From an uncultured delta proteobacterium (lineage in GTDB: Bacteria; Myxococcota; UBA727; VGSZ01): DNA of 64,000 nt. The stretch is taken from NCBI GenBank assembly GCA_963775425.1, contig CAVZJB010000003.1, positions 352,001-416,000 on the forward strand, written 5' to 3'. Positions within the stretch are counted from its first letter, which is position 1. Every line of letters starts with the position of its first letter. Of the stretch, positions 53,079 through 62,566 are shown piece after piece. Under the pieces are notes generated by a model. The model saw nothing but the letters and a program-made list of their open reading frames with translations. It searched no databases and was not told the origin of the DNA. The position numbers and the translations under genes are program-made.

Positions 53079-54464
53079 TCAGCGAGGCAGCTCGACGCGG
53101 AGCACTTTGTCACCGAGGAGCACCAGGTCGCCGTGCAGCAGGCGCGTGGCGCTGCGCGCGCGGACGTAGGTGCCGTTGCGCGAGCGAAGGTCCTCGAGGA
53201 CGAGGCCGTTTCCGTCGTGCGTGAGCTGCGCGTGGCGCTCGGACACGAAGCTGTCGCGCGGGAAGTTCACGTCGCAGTTGCTGCGGCCGAGCGTCAGCAG
53301 GCGCTGGCAGCGGTAAAAGACCTCGTTTTGCACGGGGTCGGGCCCGATGCGCAAAAGGGTGATGGGCGGCGCGGGCTTCACCAGGCTGCCGAGGATCCGC
53401 GTGCCCGGATCGGCGCGCACCGCGACCGGGCGATCCTCCTCGCCGAGCACCCGCAGCCGCTGTGCGCCGACGACGATCTCGTCTCCGCGCGCGAGCTGCG
53501 CCGGCTCGCGCACCTTCACGAAGACGCCGTTGGTGGTGTCCTCGGGCTCGAGCCACAGGTCGGCGCCGCGAAAGACGAGCTTGCAGTGGCGGATGGCGAG
53601 CGCGTCGTCGTCGGGGAAGAGCACCATGCCGTCGGCGCGCCCGATGACGGTCTCGCCCGCCTGCAGCCGCCACTGCGAGCCGTACGCGCTCTGGCCGCGC
53701 ACGAGCACGAGCTTGGCGGTGCGCTCGGCGGTGGCGGCGCCGAAGAACAACGTCGTCGACGGCTGGGCCTGCGGCGCCGCCTGCGCCGCGTGCATCGCCG
53801 GCATCACCATAGTCCCGCCCTGCGGCAGGATCGGCGAGGGCAGGTTGGGGTTCGGCATCTTGGCCGCCGCGATCTGCATGGTGGCCATGGGCTGGCTCGG
53901 CGGCACCGCGCCCACGCGCGTGCCGCAGTTGCGGCAGAAGCGGTCCTCGGGGGCGAGGGGCGCGTCGCAGTGCGCGCATGTCCGCTCGGACGCGGGCGCG
54001 CCGGTGGACGAGGGGGGCGTGGACGTCGGCGGCGCGGGCACCGCGGCGTTCGGGCCCGAAGGCGGCGCGCTCCCGGTCCGCGCCTGCGGCTGCAGCGGCG
54101 AGGGCGCAGCCAGCCCGGCGCCCTCGGCGCCCGTGGCGACGGTGGCGAGGTCCACGGCCTTCATGGCGAATTGCGTCGAGAGCGGCTGCCCCGTGGGCGG
54201 CGTCAGCCACGACGGCGGCACCACCGGCGACGCCTCGGGCGGCGGCGGCTCCTCGGGCTCCACCGCCGCGAGCGGCGCGCCGCACGAGGTGCACACGGCG
54301 ACACCGGGGTCGTTGTACGCGTCGCAGCGCTCGCACACGAGGCCGAGCATGAGGGACAGCGCGGAGTCCTCGCCGCCGTCGACGGGCTGGGCGGCCCCGC
54401 ACTGCTCACAATAGGGCTTGGTCTGCGCTGGAGCGCCGCAGCTCAGGCAGTCCCATGTTTGCAT
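53079..54464 (-). CDS. Triple zinc-ribbon plus tandem FHA domain protein
   Basis: Three CxxC..CxxC pairs; FHA motifs IGR..RH..TTNG and LGR..SERHA..SRNGT. Confidence 0.9.
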   Translation of the reverse strand: MQTWDCLSCGAPAQTKPYCEQCGAAQPVDGGEDSALSLMLGLVCERCDAYNDPGVAVCTSCGAPLAAVEPEEPPPPEASPVVPPSWLTPPTGQPLSTQFAMKAVDLATVATGAEGAGLAAPSPLQPQARTGSAPPSGPNAAVPAPPTSTPPSSTGAPASERTCAHCDAPLAPEDRFCRNCGTRVGAVPPSQPMATMQIAAAKMPNPNLPSPILPQGGTMVMPAMHAAQAAPQAQPSTTLFFGAATAERTAKLVLVRGQSAYGSQWRLQAGETVIGRADGMVLFPDDDALAIRHCKLVFRGADLWLEPEDTTNGVFVKVREPAQLARGDEIVVGAQRLRVLGEEDRPVAVRADPGTRILGSLVKPAPPITLLRIGPDPVQNEVFYRCQRLLTLGRSNCDVNFPRDSFVSERHAQLTHDGNGLVLEDLRSRNGTYVRARSATRLLHGDLVLLGDKVLRVELPR

Positions 54465-54510
54465 CGCCCCCGACTGTGTGCGACGACGACGGCGAGAGTC
54501 AACAGACGTG

Positions 54511-55560
54511 ATGCACCTGTTCGCGCTCGCGCTCCTCGCGCCGATGATCGGCTCGCCGGTGGCACCGGCTCCCGAGCGCGGCGTCGCCCTCGGCTTGTTC
54601 GCGAGCGATCCGCGCTACGACTACGGCCCGCTGCTCGACGAGATCCGTGATCTCGGCGCCACCGACGTCGAGCTCGACGTCGTCTGGACGCAGCACGACC
54701 GGCGGAGCGCCCGCATCCACCGCACCCGCGGCATCACCCCCGACGACGCCACCGTGCTTCGCACGCTGCGGCAAGCGAAGGCGCGGGGGCTGCGCGCGCT
54801 GCTGTTCCCCATCGTCCGCCTCGAGCAGCGGTCGGCGAAGGAGTGGCGGGGGCGCATCGATCCGGCCGCCGGCAAGGACGCGTGGTTCTCGTCGTACGGC
54901 GACTTCCTCGACGTCATGGCCGGGCTCGCCGCGCAGGGCGGCGCGGCGGGCTTGAGCGTCGGCAGCGAGCTCGTGTCCCTCGAGGATCAGGAGGCGCACT
55001 GGCGCGCGCTCATCGCCCGCGCGCGCGCGCGCTTTCCTGGGCGGCTCCTCTACTCGGCGAACTGGGACCACTTCGACGAGGTGCCGTTCTGGGACGCCGT
55101 CGACGAGGTGGGGGTCACCGGCTACTTCGAGCTCGCCACGGACGACGCGCTCCCCTCGGCCGCCGCGCTCGACGCTGCGTGGGGGGCGCCGCGTGCGGCG
55201 CTCGTGGCGCTCAAGGAGCGTACGCACAAGCCGCTCGTCGTCACCGAGGTCGGCTACCCGTCGCTGGTGGGCGCGGCGCACCGGCCGTGGGACGAGACGC
55301 GGGTGGCCGCGGTCGACGTCCTTGGGCAGGCCCGCCTCATCTCGTCGTTCTGCCGCGCGATGGTGGGCGCCGGCGTCGTCGACGGCTTCTACGTGTGGAA
55401 CTGGTTCGGCACCGGGGCGCAGGACGGCAGCTACTCGCCGCGGGGCAAGCCGGCGGCGGCGGACGTGGCGCGTTGCCTGGCCGCTCCCTCGGCTGCCTCC
55501 GGTCGCTTTTTGGCGCCGGCGGTGCGAATCGGGGCAGGCTCTGCGTCCGGAGGTGACTGA
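54511..55560 (+). CDS. Secreted glycoside hydrolase family 113-like (GTA TIM-barrel) protein
   Basis: WF.SY, VGSEL, YSANWD, FWD..D..G..YF.L, KP...TE.GY, SPRGKPA. Confidence 0.8.
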   Translation: MHLFALALLAPMIGSPVAPAPERGVALGLFASDPRYDYGPLLDEIRDLGATDVELDVVWTQHDRRSARIHRTRGITPDDATVLRTLRQAKARGLRALLFPIVRLEQRSAKEWRGRIDPAAGKDAWFSSYGDFLDVMAGLAAQGGAAGLSVGSELVSLEDQEAHWRALIARARARFPGRLLYSANWDHFDEVPFWDAVDEVGVTGYFELATDDALPSAAALDAAWGAPRAALVALKERTHKPLVVTEVGYPSLVGAAHRPWDETRVAAVDVLGQARLISSFCRAMVGAGVVDGFYVWNWFGTGAQDGSYSPRGKPAAADVARCLAAPSAASGRFLAPAVRIGAGSASGGD

Positions 55561-55894
55561 GGTGGACGAGACGGACAACCGCAGGAGCTTCGCGCGGGCG
55601 CCGCTGTCGAACAGCGCGGCATACCTGTCCGTGCATCGCTTGCTGATCGCGCGGGTCGGCGACGTGTCCGCCGGCGGGGCATTCCTGGGGACGACGCACC
55701 CGGATCCGGTCGGCACCCGGGCCACCCTCGAGGTGTTCGGCGAGAGCCTCGACGTCGAGGTGGTGCGCGTCTGCTTCGACGGTGCGCGGGCAGGGATGGG
55801 CGTGTCGTTCGTCGACGTCCCGCGCGCGGTGCGCCGCCGGATCGCGGGCCCGGCGGAGCGCGTCACCGACGCGCCCGGGCGAAGCGATGCCTGA
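55553..55894 (+). CDS. PilZ domain protein
   Basis: RRSFAR (RxxxR), DVSAGG (DxSxxG), GMGVSF. Confidence 0.8.
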   Translation: MTEVDETDNRRSFARAPLSNSAAYLSVHRLLIARVGDVSAGGAFLGTTHPDPVGTRATLEVFGESLDVEVVRVCFDGARAGMGVSFVDVPRAVRRRIAGPAERVTDAPGRSDA

Positions 55895-56918
55895 GCGCCG
55901 CCCGTTGCGCGACGTGCTGATCGAGCAGGGGCAGACGCTCTTCTCGGGGCGCATCGACGTCGATGCGAGCGGGCTCGCCGGCGTGGTGCACATGGGCGAC
56001 GGCATCATCCTCGAGGCGCGCCTCGGGACCACGTCGGGGGAGCCCGCGCTTTGGCGGATGCTCCTGCCGGAGCGGGCGAGCATCACGGTGGAGCCGGGCA
56101 AGCCGCGGGCGACGGCGGGGGCCGTGCTCGGCAAGCCCGACGCGCTGCTCGCGCGCTACGACGAGCGCGTCGCCGTGCTGCACGTGTACGCGGAGAAGGT
56201 CGGCGGCTTCGACCGCGTGTGGGCCCTGCGCTTCGACGCCCTGGCGGCGCTCCTCGAGGAGCTCCCGGACGCCATCAACCCGATCCTGCGGCTCCTCGAC
56301 GGAAAGCGCAGCGTGCGTCAGGTGGTGGCCGAGAGCCCCCTCGACGACATGCTCGCGCTGCGCATCCTCGGGAGGCTCCTGGCGCTCGGCGTGCTCGTGC
56401 TCCCCGACGACGTCGTGCAGCGCAGCACCGAAGCCGCCGTCGTCGACGTCGACGAGGGCCTGGAGGCCGCGCTCGCCGCGAGCCTCGCCGAGATCGAGGC
56501 CGAGGAGGCCGCGAACCCGCCGAGCGAGCCGATCCTGCTGACGACGCGCACGACCCCGCCTGCGACGACCCCGCCTGCGACGACCCCGCCTGCGACGACC
56601 CCGCCCGCGACGGACCCGCCCGCGCCGGCCGCGCCTGGGACGACCCCCCCGAAGCCGGCGCCGCGCGCCGTGACGATGATGCCGAGGGAGGCCTCGGACA
56701 CCACGCTCCCCGTCGTCATCGGGCTGCCCTCGGCGCCGCCCCTCGAGAAGCAGGACGAGCTGCGCTCCTGGCTCGGCAGCGAAGAGGAATTCTTCAACCG
56801 CGAGCACCGGCGCGACGTCGTGCGCCCGCGGTCGCGCGGGCTGAGCCCGCTGTGGATGGTCGCGATCCTCGTCGTCGGCGCCGCCCTCGGCGCGCTCCTC
56901 ACGACGAAAGGCTGCTGA
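55887..56918 (+). CDS. DUF4388-like protein with winged helix and C-terminal TM
   Basis: SGRI...G.V..DG.I..A.LG..GE.AL.RM, LLDGKRSV..V, C-terminal hydrophobic helix. Confidence 0.65.
   Translation: MPERRPLRDVLIEQGQTLFSGRIDVDASGLAGVVHMGDGIILEARLGTTSGEPALWRMLLPERASITVEPGKPRATAGAVLGKPDALLARYDERVAVLHVYAEKVGGFDRVWALRFDALAALLEELPDAINPILRLLDGKRSVRQVVAESPLDDMLALRILGRLLALGVLVLPDDVVQRSTEAAVVDVDEGLEAALAASLAEIEAEEAANPPSEPILLTTRTTPPATTPPATTPPATTPPATDPPAPAAPGTTPPKPAPRAVTMMPREASDTTLPVVIGLPSAPPLEKQDELRSWLGSEEEFFNREHRRDVVRPRSRGLSPLWMVAILVVGAALGALLTTKGC
56550..56609 (+). repeat. 15-bp coding tandem repeat x4 (TTPPA)
   Basis: acgaccccgcctgcg x3 perfect, plus one copy with a mismatch. Confidence 0.9.
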
Positions 56919-57741
56919 GCTCGCGCACGAGGCCCGAGCCGTCGTCGGGCCAGGCGCAGCCGACCTCGACGAGCACCAGGCCCTGCGGCGGCGCGCACAG
57001 GCCGGCCGCCCGGCGGTCCCGCGCCGCAAGGATGCCGGGGACGTCGTCGGGCGCGCGCAGCCCCGCCCCCACCTCGACGAGCAGCGCGACGAGGTTTCGC
57101 ACCATCTTTCGCACGAAGGCGTCGCCCGCGATCTCCACGACGAAGCGGCGCGGGCCGTCGTCGTCGCCGAGGGGGAACGGCCCGCCCACGCGCACGGACG
57201 CCAGGGTCTTGTCCGCGCTGGCGGCGTCGCACCGCGCCGCGCGCAGCGACGAGAAGTCGTGCCTGCCCACGAGGTGGCCCGCGGCCGCGCGCATTCGCCC
57301 ACCGTCCAGGCGCGGCGCCACCGCCCACAGCCAGGGCCGGTCGGGGTCCGCGTCCGCGCTCTGGTCCTCGAGCAGGTAGCGGTAGCGCTTCCCACGCGAG
57401 CTGCCGCGGGCGTGCACGGAGGGGGGCACGGCGAAGGCGCGCACGTGCACGAGGCCGTCGTCGCGGGGGACCTCGAGCCGGGCGATGACGTCGTCGAGGG
57501 AGGGCAGCTCGCGCCAGTAGCAGGTGGCGAGGTTGTTCAGGGCGTGGACGCCCGCGTCGGTGCGGGCGGCGAAGTTGAGCCCCTTGGGCGGGGCCCCCGC
57601 CGCCGCCGCCAGCAGCCGCTCCTTGAGCGCCTGGCCGGCGGTGGGGATCGCCCCGGCCTGGGGCTGCAGGCCGCGGAACCGGGCGCCGTCATACCCGAAC
57701 CGGACGAGCAATTGGGCGCGGTGCAGATCGTGGGGTCTCAA
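56899..57741 (-). CDS. truA: tRNA pseudouridine(38-40) synthase
   Basis: YDG..F.G.Q.Q, ARTDAGVHA, HAR, G.HDFS, F..KMVR, APPQGL. Start uncertain (up to 57801). Confidence 0.9.
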   Translation of the reverse strand: MRPHDLHRAQLLVRFGYDGARFRGLQPQAGAIPTAGQALKERLLAAAAGAPPKGLNFAARTDAGVHALNNLATCYWRELPSLDDVIARLEVPRDDGLVHVRAFAVPPSVHARGSSRGKRYRYLLEDQSADADPDRPWLWAVAPRLDGGRMRAAAGHLVGRHDFSSLRAARCDAASADKTLASVRVGGPFPLGDDDGPRRFVVEIAGDAFVRKMVRNLVALLVEVGAGLRAPDDVPGILAARDRRAAGLCAPPQGLVLVEVGCAWPDDGSGLVRELSSLSS

Positions 57742-57803
57742 GGGGACATACCTGGCTCGGGCTTGTCGGCGGAGCGGCGAAAACGCGATGCTACCAACCA
57801 ACG

Positions 57804-58883
57804 ATGTCGGCCCGCCCGAGCCCCCCGCCGCGCAAGAAGAGCCCCGCGTCCGCGCCGCCGCTGCGCGCGGTGCGCCGCGACGAGGGCGTCGACGCCGAGC
57901 TGTCGAAGCCGACGCTCGCCGCCCCCTCCGACGACGGCGATCCCACGAAGGGCGAGTGGCTCTTCAAGCACAACGAGATGGTGCTCGGGCCGGTGACGGC
58001 CATCGTCCTCGTCGAGCGCATCAAGGCAGGCGAGCTCTCCGCCGACACCCCCATCGCCCGCGACGGTCAGCCGTTCAAGCCGATGAAGCTCGTGCCGCTC
58101 TTCCGGGAGGCCTACGAGGCCACGCTGGAGCTCAAGCGCCGCATCGAGGAAGAGCGGGCGCACAACGCCAAGGTGCGGCGCGCCCGCGTGCTGCAGGTGA
58201 TCCTCTACAGCGTCATGGTCCTCGTGCCCGCCGTCGGTGGCGCGGCCGCCGGGCGCCTCGTGATGATCAAGAAGCCCTGGGACAAGACGCCCGAGTGGAT
58301 CGCCAAGGCGCCGCCCCTCGTGGACCTGCCGCCGCCCGCGCCCGCCCCGGCGAAGCCGGTGACGCCCACGGCCCCCGTCGTCGCCGCCAACGACGCCGAC
58401 AGCGGCGCCACCGAGCCCGATCGCCCCGACCGCCCCGATCACCGCGGCCACGTCACGCACCACGCGAAGAAGGACGACGGCAAGAGGGACAAGGGCAAGG
58501 ACAAGGAAGAGACCAGCGCGCCCGAGAAGGACCAGGGCTTCGTCAAGGAGCTCACCAACGCACAGGCCATCGCGCCGCTCAAGGAGCACGCGGTGCGCAG
58601 CGCGCTCGGGAGCTGCTTCAAAAACGAGGTGGAGACCAACCCCGACATGCCCACGCCGTTGAACCTCGCGTACACCATCACGGAGCAGGGGCGGTCGGCG
58701 AACGTGGAGATCACCAACCGCGAGGAGCGCGGCCGGCCCATCCAGAGCTGCGTCAAGAAGGCCCTGGCGCTGGCGCGTTGGCCGCGCTTCGAAGGCGAGC
58801 GCAAGAACGTCACGGTGCCGTTCAACATCAGGAAGCCCAAGCCGGCGGCGACCCACGGCCCGGTCGAGGGCAAGCACAAATAG
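57804..58883 (+). CDS. GYF-like N-terminal, TM, AgmX/PglI (TonB_C-like) C-terminal domain protein
   Basis: W.FK....LGP, TM helix, SCF..E / SCV....RWPRF.G....V.VPF. Confidence 0.7.
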   Translation: MSARPSPPPRKKSPASAPPLRAVRRDEGVDAELSKPTLAAPSDDGDPTKGEWLFKHNEMVLGPVTAIVLVERIKAGELSADTPIARDGQPFKPMKLVPLFREAYEATLELKRRIEEERAHNAKVRRARVLQVILYSVMVLVPAVGGAAAGRLVMIKKPWDKTPEWIAKAPPLVDLPPPAPAPAKPVTPTAPVVAANDADSGATEPDRPDRPDHRGHVTHHAKKDDGKRDKGKDKEETSAPEKDQGFVKELTNAQAIAPLKEHAVRSALGSCFKNEVETNPDMPTPLNLAYTITEQGRSANVEITNREERGRPIQSCVKKALALARWPRFEGERKNVTVPFNIRKPKPAATHGPVEGKHK

Positions 58884-58909
58884 CCTCTGTCGAGGCCTAC
58901 GCGCGCGCG

Positions 58910-59752
58910 TCACGCGCCGCGCAGGATGCGCTCCACGGTGCGCCGCGGGGTCCCGGACTGCGGGTGGAAGTACGCGCCGTGCTGGTGGTCGTCGGACGAC
59001 GCCGTCCAGTGCTTCCCCTTCTCCTCGGCCAGCGCGCGGAAGCGGGACGCGACGTGCGACGCGTGCCGCGAGGTGTACGCCTCGATGCCGCTCGCGGCGT
59101 CGTAGACGCGCGCGACGCGCTCCTTGTCGCGGTAGCGGTTCGGGTGCGCGACGACGTCGAAGCCGCCGTCCTCGCGGATGGCGTCGATGAGCTCCTCGGG
59201 GCTCCATGAAAACAGCGGGGCGTTGTCCCAGAAGTGCACGTGGTCGAGCTGGAACGCGGGGAACACGTCGCGGCAGCGCTCCGCGATGTGCAGGATGAGC
59301 GACTGCAGTTGCGGGAACTCCGCGGGGGGCGCCTTCGAGAGCGTCGCCTCGCCGAGCGCCGCGCGCACCTCGGCCGGCTGGCGCGCGACGAAGCCGAGCA
59401 CGTACGCCTTCCACGCCTCCGCGATGGCCAGCGAGCGCGCGTGGAGCGCCGTCTTTTGCAGGCGCCCGTCGAGGAACGCGGGCGGGAAGTAGGCGAGCAC
59501 GTGCACCTGCTCGGCGCGGTCGGTGCCGAAGTGGATGAAGCTCGTGGCCTCCATGGCCGGCACGAGCGTCACCCCGTGCGCCTTGGCGGCGGCGGCCGCG
59601 CGGGGCACGCCCGCGAAGGTGTCGTGGTCCGACAGCGCGATGACCTCGAAGCGGCGCGCGGCGCGGAAGGCGACGAAGTCCTCGGGGCTGGCGCGCCCGT
59701 CGGAGAAGAAGGTGTGGCCGTGGAGGTCCGTGGCGACGAGCTCGGTGGTCAT
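58910..59752 (-). CDS. PHP-domain phosphoesterase
   Basis: DLHGHT..SDG, LSDHD, VHVLAY, AHP.R, SSDDH. Confidence 0.9.
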   Translation of the reverse strand: MTTELVATDLHGHTFFSDGRASPEDFVAFRAARRFEVIALSDHDTFAGVPRAAAAAKAHGVTLVPAMEATSFIHFGTDRAEQVHVLAYFPPAFLDGRLQKTALHARSLAIAEAWKAYVLGFVARQPAEVRAALGEATLSKAPPAEFPQLQSLILHIAERCRDVFPAFQLDHVHFWDNAPLFSWSPEELIDAIREDGGFDVVAHPNRYRDKERVARVYDAASGIEAYTSRHASHVASRFRALAEEKGKHWTASSDDHQHGAYFHPQSGTPRRTVERILRGA

Positions 59753-60483
59753 GGCTTTCCTCCGGAGCCCGCGAGCGCCTCCTCGAGGCGCGCGACCTCG
59801 GCGGCGTCGCCCCTGGCGCGGGCTTGCGCGAGCGCCGCCGCGAGCGCCGAGCGGCGCGCGCGCGACAGCTTGGGGGACGTGGCGGCGTCGGCGGGCGACT
59901 CGACGCCGGTGCGCGCCGTGAAGGTGACGTCGGCGCGGTCGAGGTTTTCGAACGCGTCTTTGAGCGTGTCGTCGCGGCCGAAGATCACCACGCGGTGGTC
60001 GCCCGTGGGATCGAGGCTCTTGTGCCACCGCACGGTGCCGGCGCAGACGGCGCCGGCGAAGAAGGAGACCGCGAGCGTGCCGTCGTTGCCCCACGGCCCG
60101 TCGAAGCGGCCGACGACGGCGGACAGGAAGTAGCGGCCGCGGCTGTCGGCGCCGAAGGCCACCGCTTGCGCGTGGAAGTTGGCCGTGTGCGTCCCGAAGG
60201 CGTAGCGCCGGTGCAGCTCGCCGTAGGAGCCGCCCTTGAAGCGAACGCGCGCGTCGTCGTCGCGGGCGATGACCTGCGTGAGCGCGAAGCTGCGCGCGTC
60301 GGTGAGCGCGGCGGGAGCGTCGACGGGCTCGGGCGCGAGCGGGACGGCGCCGTCCTCGAACGGGATGCGGCAATGGATGAGGAACGCGATGCGTGCCGCG
60401 ACCGCGGGCTCCTGCCAGCGCGGGTCGAACAGGCTCGTGGGCATCCCGTCGGCGCCCCCGAGCTTCATCGGATACGTCTTCAC
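59749..60483 (-). CDS. Hypothetical protein
   Basis: 244 aa ORF with coding-like codon bias; 4-nt overlap with the PHP gene and 4-nt gap from the radical SAM gene. Confidence 0.75.
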   Translation of the reverse strand: MKTYPMKLGGADGMPTSLFDPRWQEPAVAARIAFLIHCRIPFEDGAVPLAPEPVDAPAALTDARSFALTQVIARDDDARVRFKGGSYGELHRRYAFGTHTANFHAQAVAFGADSRGRYFLSAVVGRFDGPWGNDGTLAVSFFAGAVCAGTVRWHKSLDPTGDHRVVIFGRDDTLKDAFENLDRADVTFTARTGVESPADAATSPKLSRARRSALAAALAQARARGDAAEVARLEEALAGSGGKP

Positions 60484-60487
60484 GCGC

Positions 60488-61714
60488 TCACCAATGCAGT
60501 GGCTCCTGTGGGATCTCGTCGAGCGGCGGGAGACCGTAGCGATCGGCGCGGTGCGCGCAGCCGTCGCAGGGATCGCTCGAGGCGACCGTGCTCGACGACA
60601 ACCGCGCGCGCAGCCCTTCGGCGGCGCCGGAGCGCCACGCGTCGCGCAGCGAGCTCGTGGCGAGGTTGCCGTAGACGACGGCGCCGTTTTCGTCGTGGCA
60701 GCAGGGGACGACGTCGCCGTTGCACAGGACCACCACGGTGCGCCAGGGCGCGCGGCACAGGTACGGCCTGCGGGGGCGGCCGATCTCGTACAGCTCGTCG
60801 CCGTCGGTGTTGGCGTCGATCTCCTTGACGTACGCGGTGACGTCGTCGAGGCCGAGCGCGCCGAAGCGGGCCATGAAGGCCTCCGCCTGATCGGCGTTGT
60901 CCCGCTGGCGGATCATCTGCACGAGGATCCGGGTGCCGCCGCCGGCGGCGCCGGGCGCGCGCGAGCCGCGGCGGTGCTCGAAGATGGCCTCGAGGTTCGC
61001 GAAGGCGGCGTCGGCGCGCGCGCCCTTGCCGCGGATGCGCGTGAGGGTGTCCTCGTCGACGCCGTCCACGGACAACACCAGGCGCGACAGCCCCGCCTCC
61101 TCGAGCGCGGCGTAGAGCGCCAGCGGCAGGTGCCCGGGGTTGGCGGATAGCTCCGTCGCCAGGCCGGCGCGCGCGGCGGTGTGCACCATCTCCGCGAGCT
61201 GCGGGTGGAGCGTGCTCTCGCCGAGGTTGTGCAGCGTGAGGGGCTTTCCGTGGTTGTTGTGGGGCGCGACCTCGTCGACGAGCTTCTTGAACAGCCCGGG
61301 CTCCATCCAGCCCTTCTCGCGCACCATGCGACCGGTGCCCGTGGGGCACATGACGCACGACATCGGACAGATGTTGGTGAGCTCGACGTTGTCGACGACG
61401 GGCACGTCGGGCGCGCCGCGGGAGAGCGCCGCCCACAGCTCGCTCCTGGCGTCGCGGGCGGCGGCGCCGTCGTCGACGGCGACCTCGATGAGCTTGAGCC
61501 CCGAAAGTCGCGACAGCGCTCCGTGCACGGCGCCCTTGTCGAGACCCGTGCGCGCGGCGAGGTCGATGCTGGACTGCACCGGCGCGGCGCCCAGCGCACG
61601 CACCACCGCGGCGAGGGCGTCGTCGAGGGGCAGGGCGCGCTCCTCGAGGACGGACTCGATGAACGCGGCGTCCCCCGCGCGGAAGAGCCGAAGCCAGGGG
61701 CGCAGTGCAATCAT
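60488..61714 (-). CDS. Radical SAM/SPASM(twitch) protein with N-terminal winged-helix (RRE/PqqD-like) extension
   Basis: CPMSCVMC; C-terminal C.APW..NGDVVPCC.D..YGNL..W..CDGC. Confidence 0.88.
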   Translation of the reverse strand: MIALRPWLRLFRAGDAAFIESVLEERALPLDDALAAVVRALGAAPVQSSIDLAARTGLDKGAVHGALSRLSGLKLIEVAVDDGAAARDARSELWAALSRGAPDVPVVDNVELTNICPMSCVMCPTGTGRMVREKGWMEPGLFKKLVDEVAPHNNHGKPLTLHNLGESTLHPQLAEMVHTAARAGLATELSANPGHLPLALYAALEEAGLSRLVLSVDGVDEDTLTRIRGKGARADAAFANLEAIFEHRRGSRAPGAAGGGTRILVQMIRQRDNADQAEAFMARFGALGLDDVTAYVKEIDANTDGDELYEIGRPRRPYLCRAPWRTVVVLCNGDVVPCCHDENGAVVYGNLATSSLRDAWRSGAAEGLRARLSSSTVASSDPCDGCAHRADRYGLPPLDEIPQEPLHW

Positions 61715-61736
61715 TCGCGGCTCACGCCGCCGACGG

Positions 61737-62492
61737 TCAGACGCCGGCGTACTTCTTCAGGTCGGCGTCGCTGATGTCGAAGTTCTGACCAGGGGCGCCG
61801 TCGCGGTTGATGTAGCGCGTGCCCTGCGTGGTCTCGAGGCGCACGTAGGCGGAGATGCCCTTGCCCCCCGCGAGGTCGCGCAGGTCGTCGATGTCGACGG
61901 CGGCGGCGAGGAACTTCTGCTCCGGCTGCCAGCCGCCGCCGGTGCGCTCCCAACGCATGTGCCCCTCGAGCGTGGCCAGCGTGAGCGGGACCTCGATGGC
62001 CTCGTCCGGGAGCTGCGAGCCCTGCTCGGGCGTAAACCCCTGCGGCCCGACGACGAGCGTGGCGCTGATGAGCTCGTGCTCGAGCTTGCCCATGTCGACG
62101 AGGTTCATGTTGAAGAGGAACGCGGCGGCCTTGGGGTCCGTGGGGCGCTCCCAGTTGTAGTAACCGCCGACCATGGTGTGTCCCGCGCCCAACCCGTCGA
62201 CGTGGAAGTCGCCCTTCCAGTCGTGGAGGTGGAACGGCATCGCGAGCACCTCTTCGTGATTGAGGTGATGGATGGTCATCGGGTGCTGCGCGCCCCCGAG
62301 GAACGAGACGACCTCGTCCATGCTCTTGGGCTGCTTGTCGCCGTTCTTGGCGGCGAAGAGGGCGTACGCTTCGTTGGTGGTGAGGTAGCCCTTGCCGCCG
62401 GCGTCGTATTGCCTGGCGAGCGTCTCCTTGCTCTTGTCCTTGAGGTCGGAGATGCGAAGGGACGTCGTCGGGCTGATGCGGAAGGTACCCAT
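61737..62492 (-). CDS. Hypothetical protein with EF-hand-like loop
   Basis: Strong codon bias; DAGGKGYLTTNE 12-residue loop. Confidence 0.75.
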   Translation of the reverse strand: MGTFRISPTTSLRISDLKDKSKETLARQYDAGGKGYLTTNEAYALFAAKNGDKQPKSMDEVVSFLGGAQHPMTIHHLNHEEVLAMPFHLHDWKGDFHVDGLGAGHTMVGGYYNWERPTDPKAAAFLFNMNLVDMGKLEHELISATLVVGPQGFTPEQGSQLPDEAIEVPLTLATLEGHMRWERTGGGWQPEQKFLAAAVDIDDLRDLAGGKGISAYVRLETTQGTRYINRDGAPGQNFDISDADLKKYAGV

Positions 62493-62566
62493 GGAATCCT
62501 CTGTGCTGGGCGCGTGGTAGGCGGGGACGGGGACATGGTCAATATCAGCGGGCCCCGGAGGTTGGC

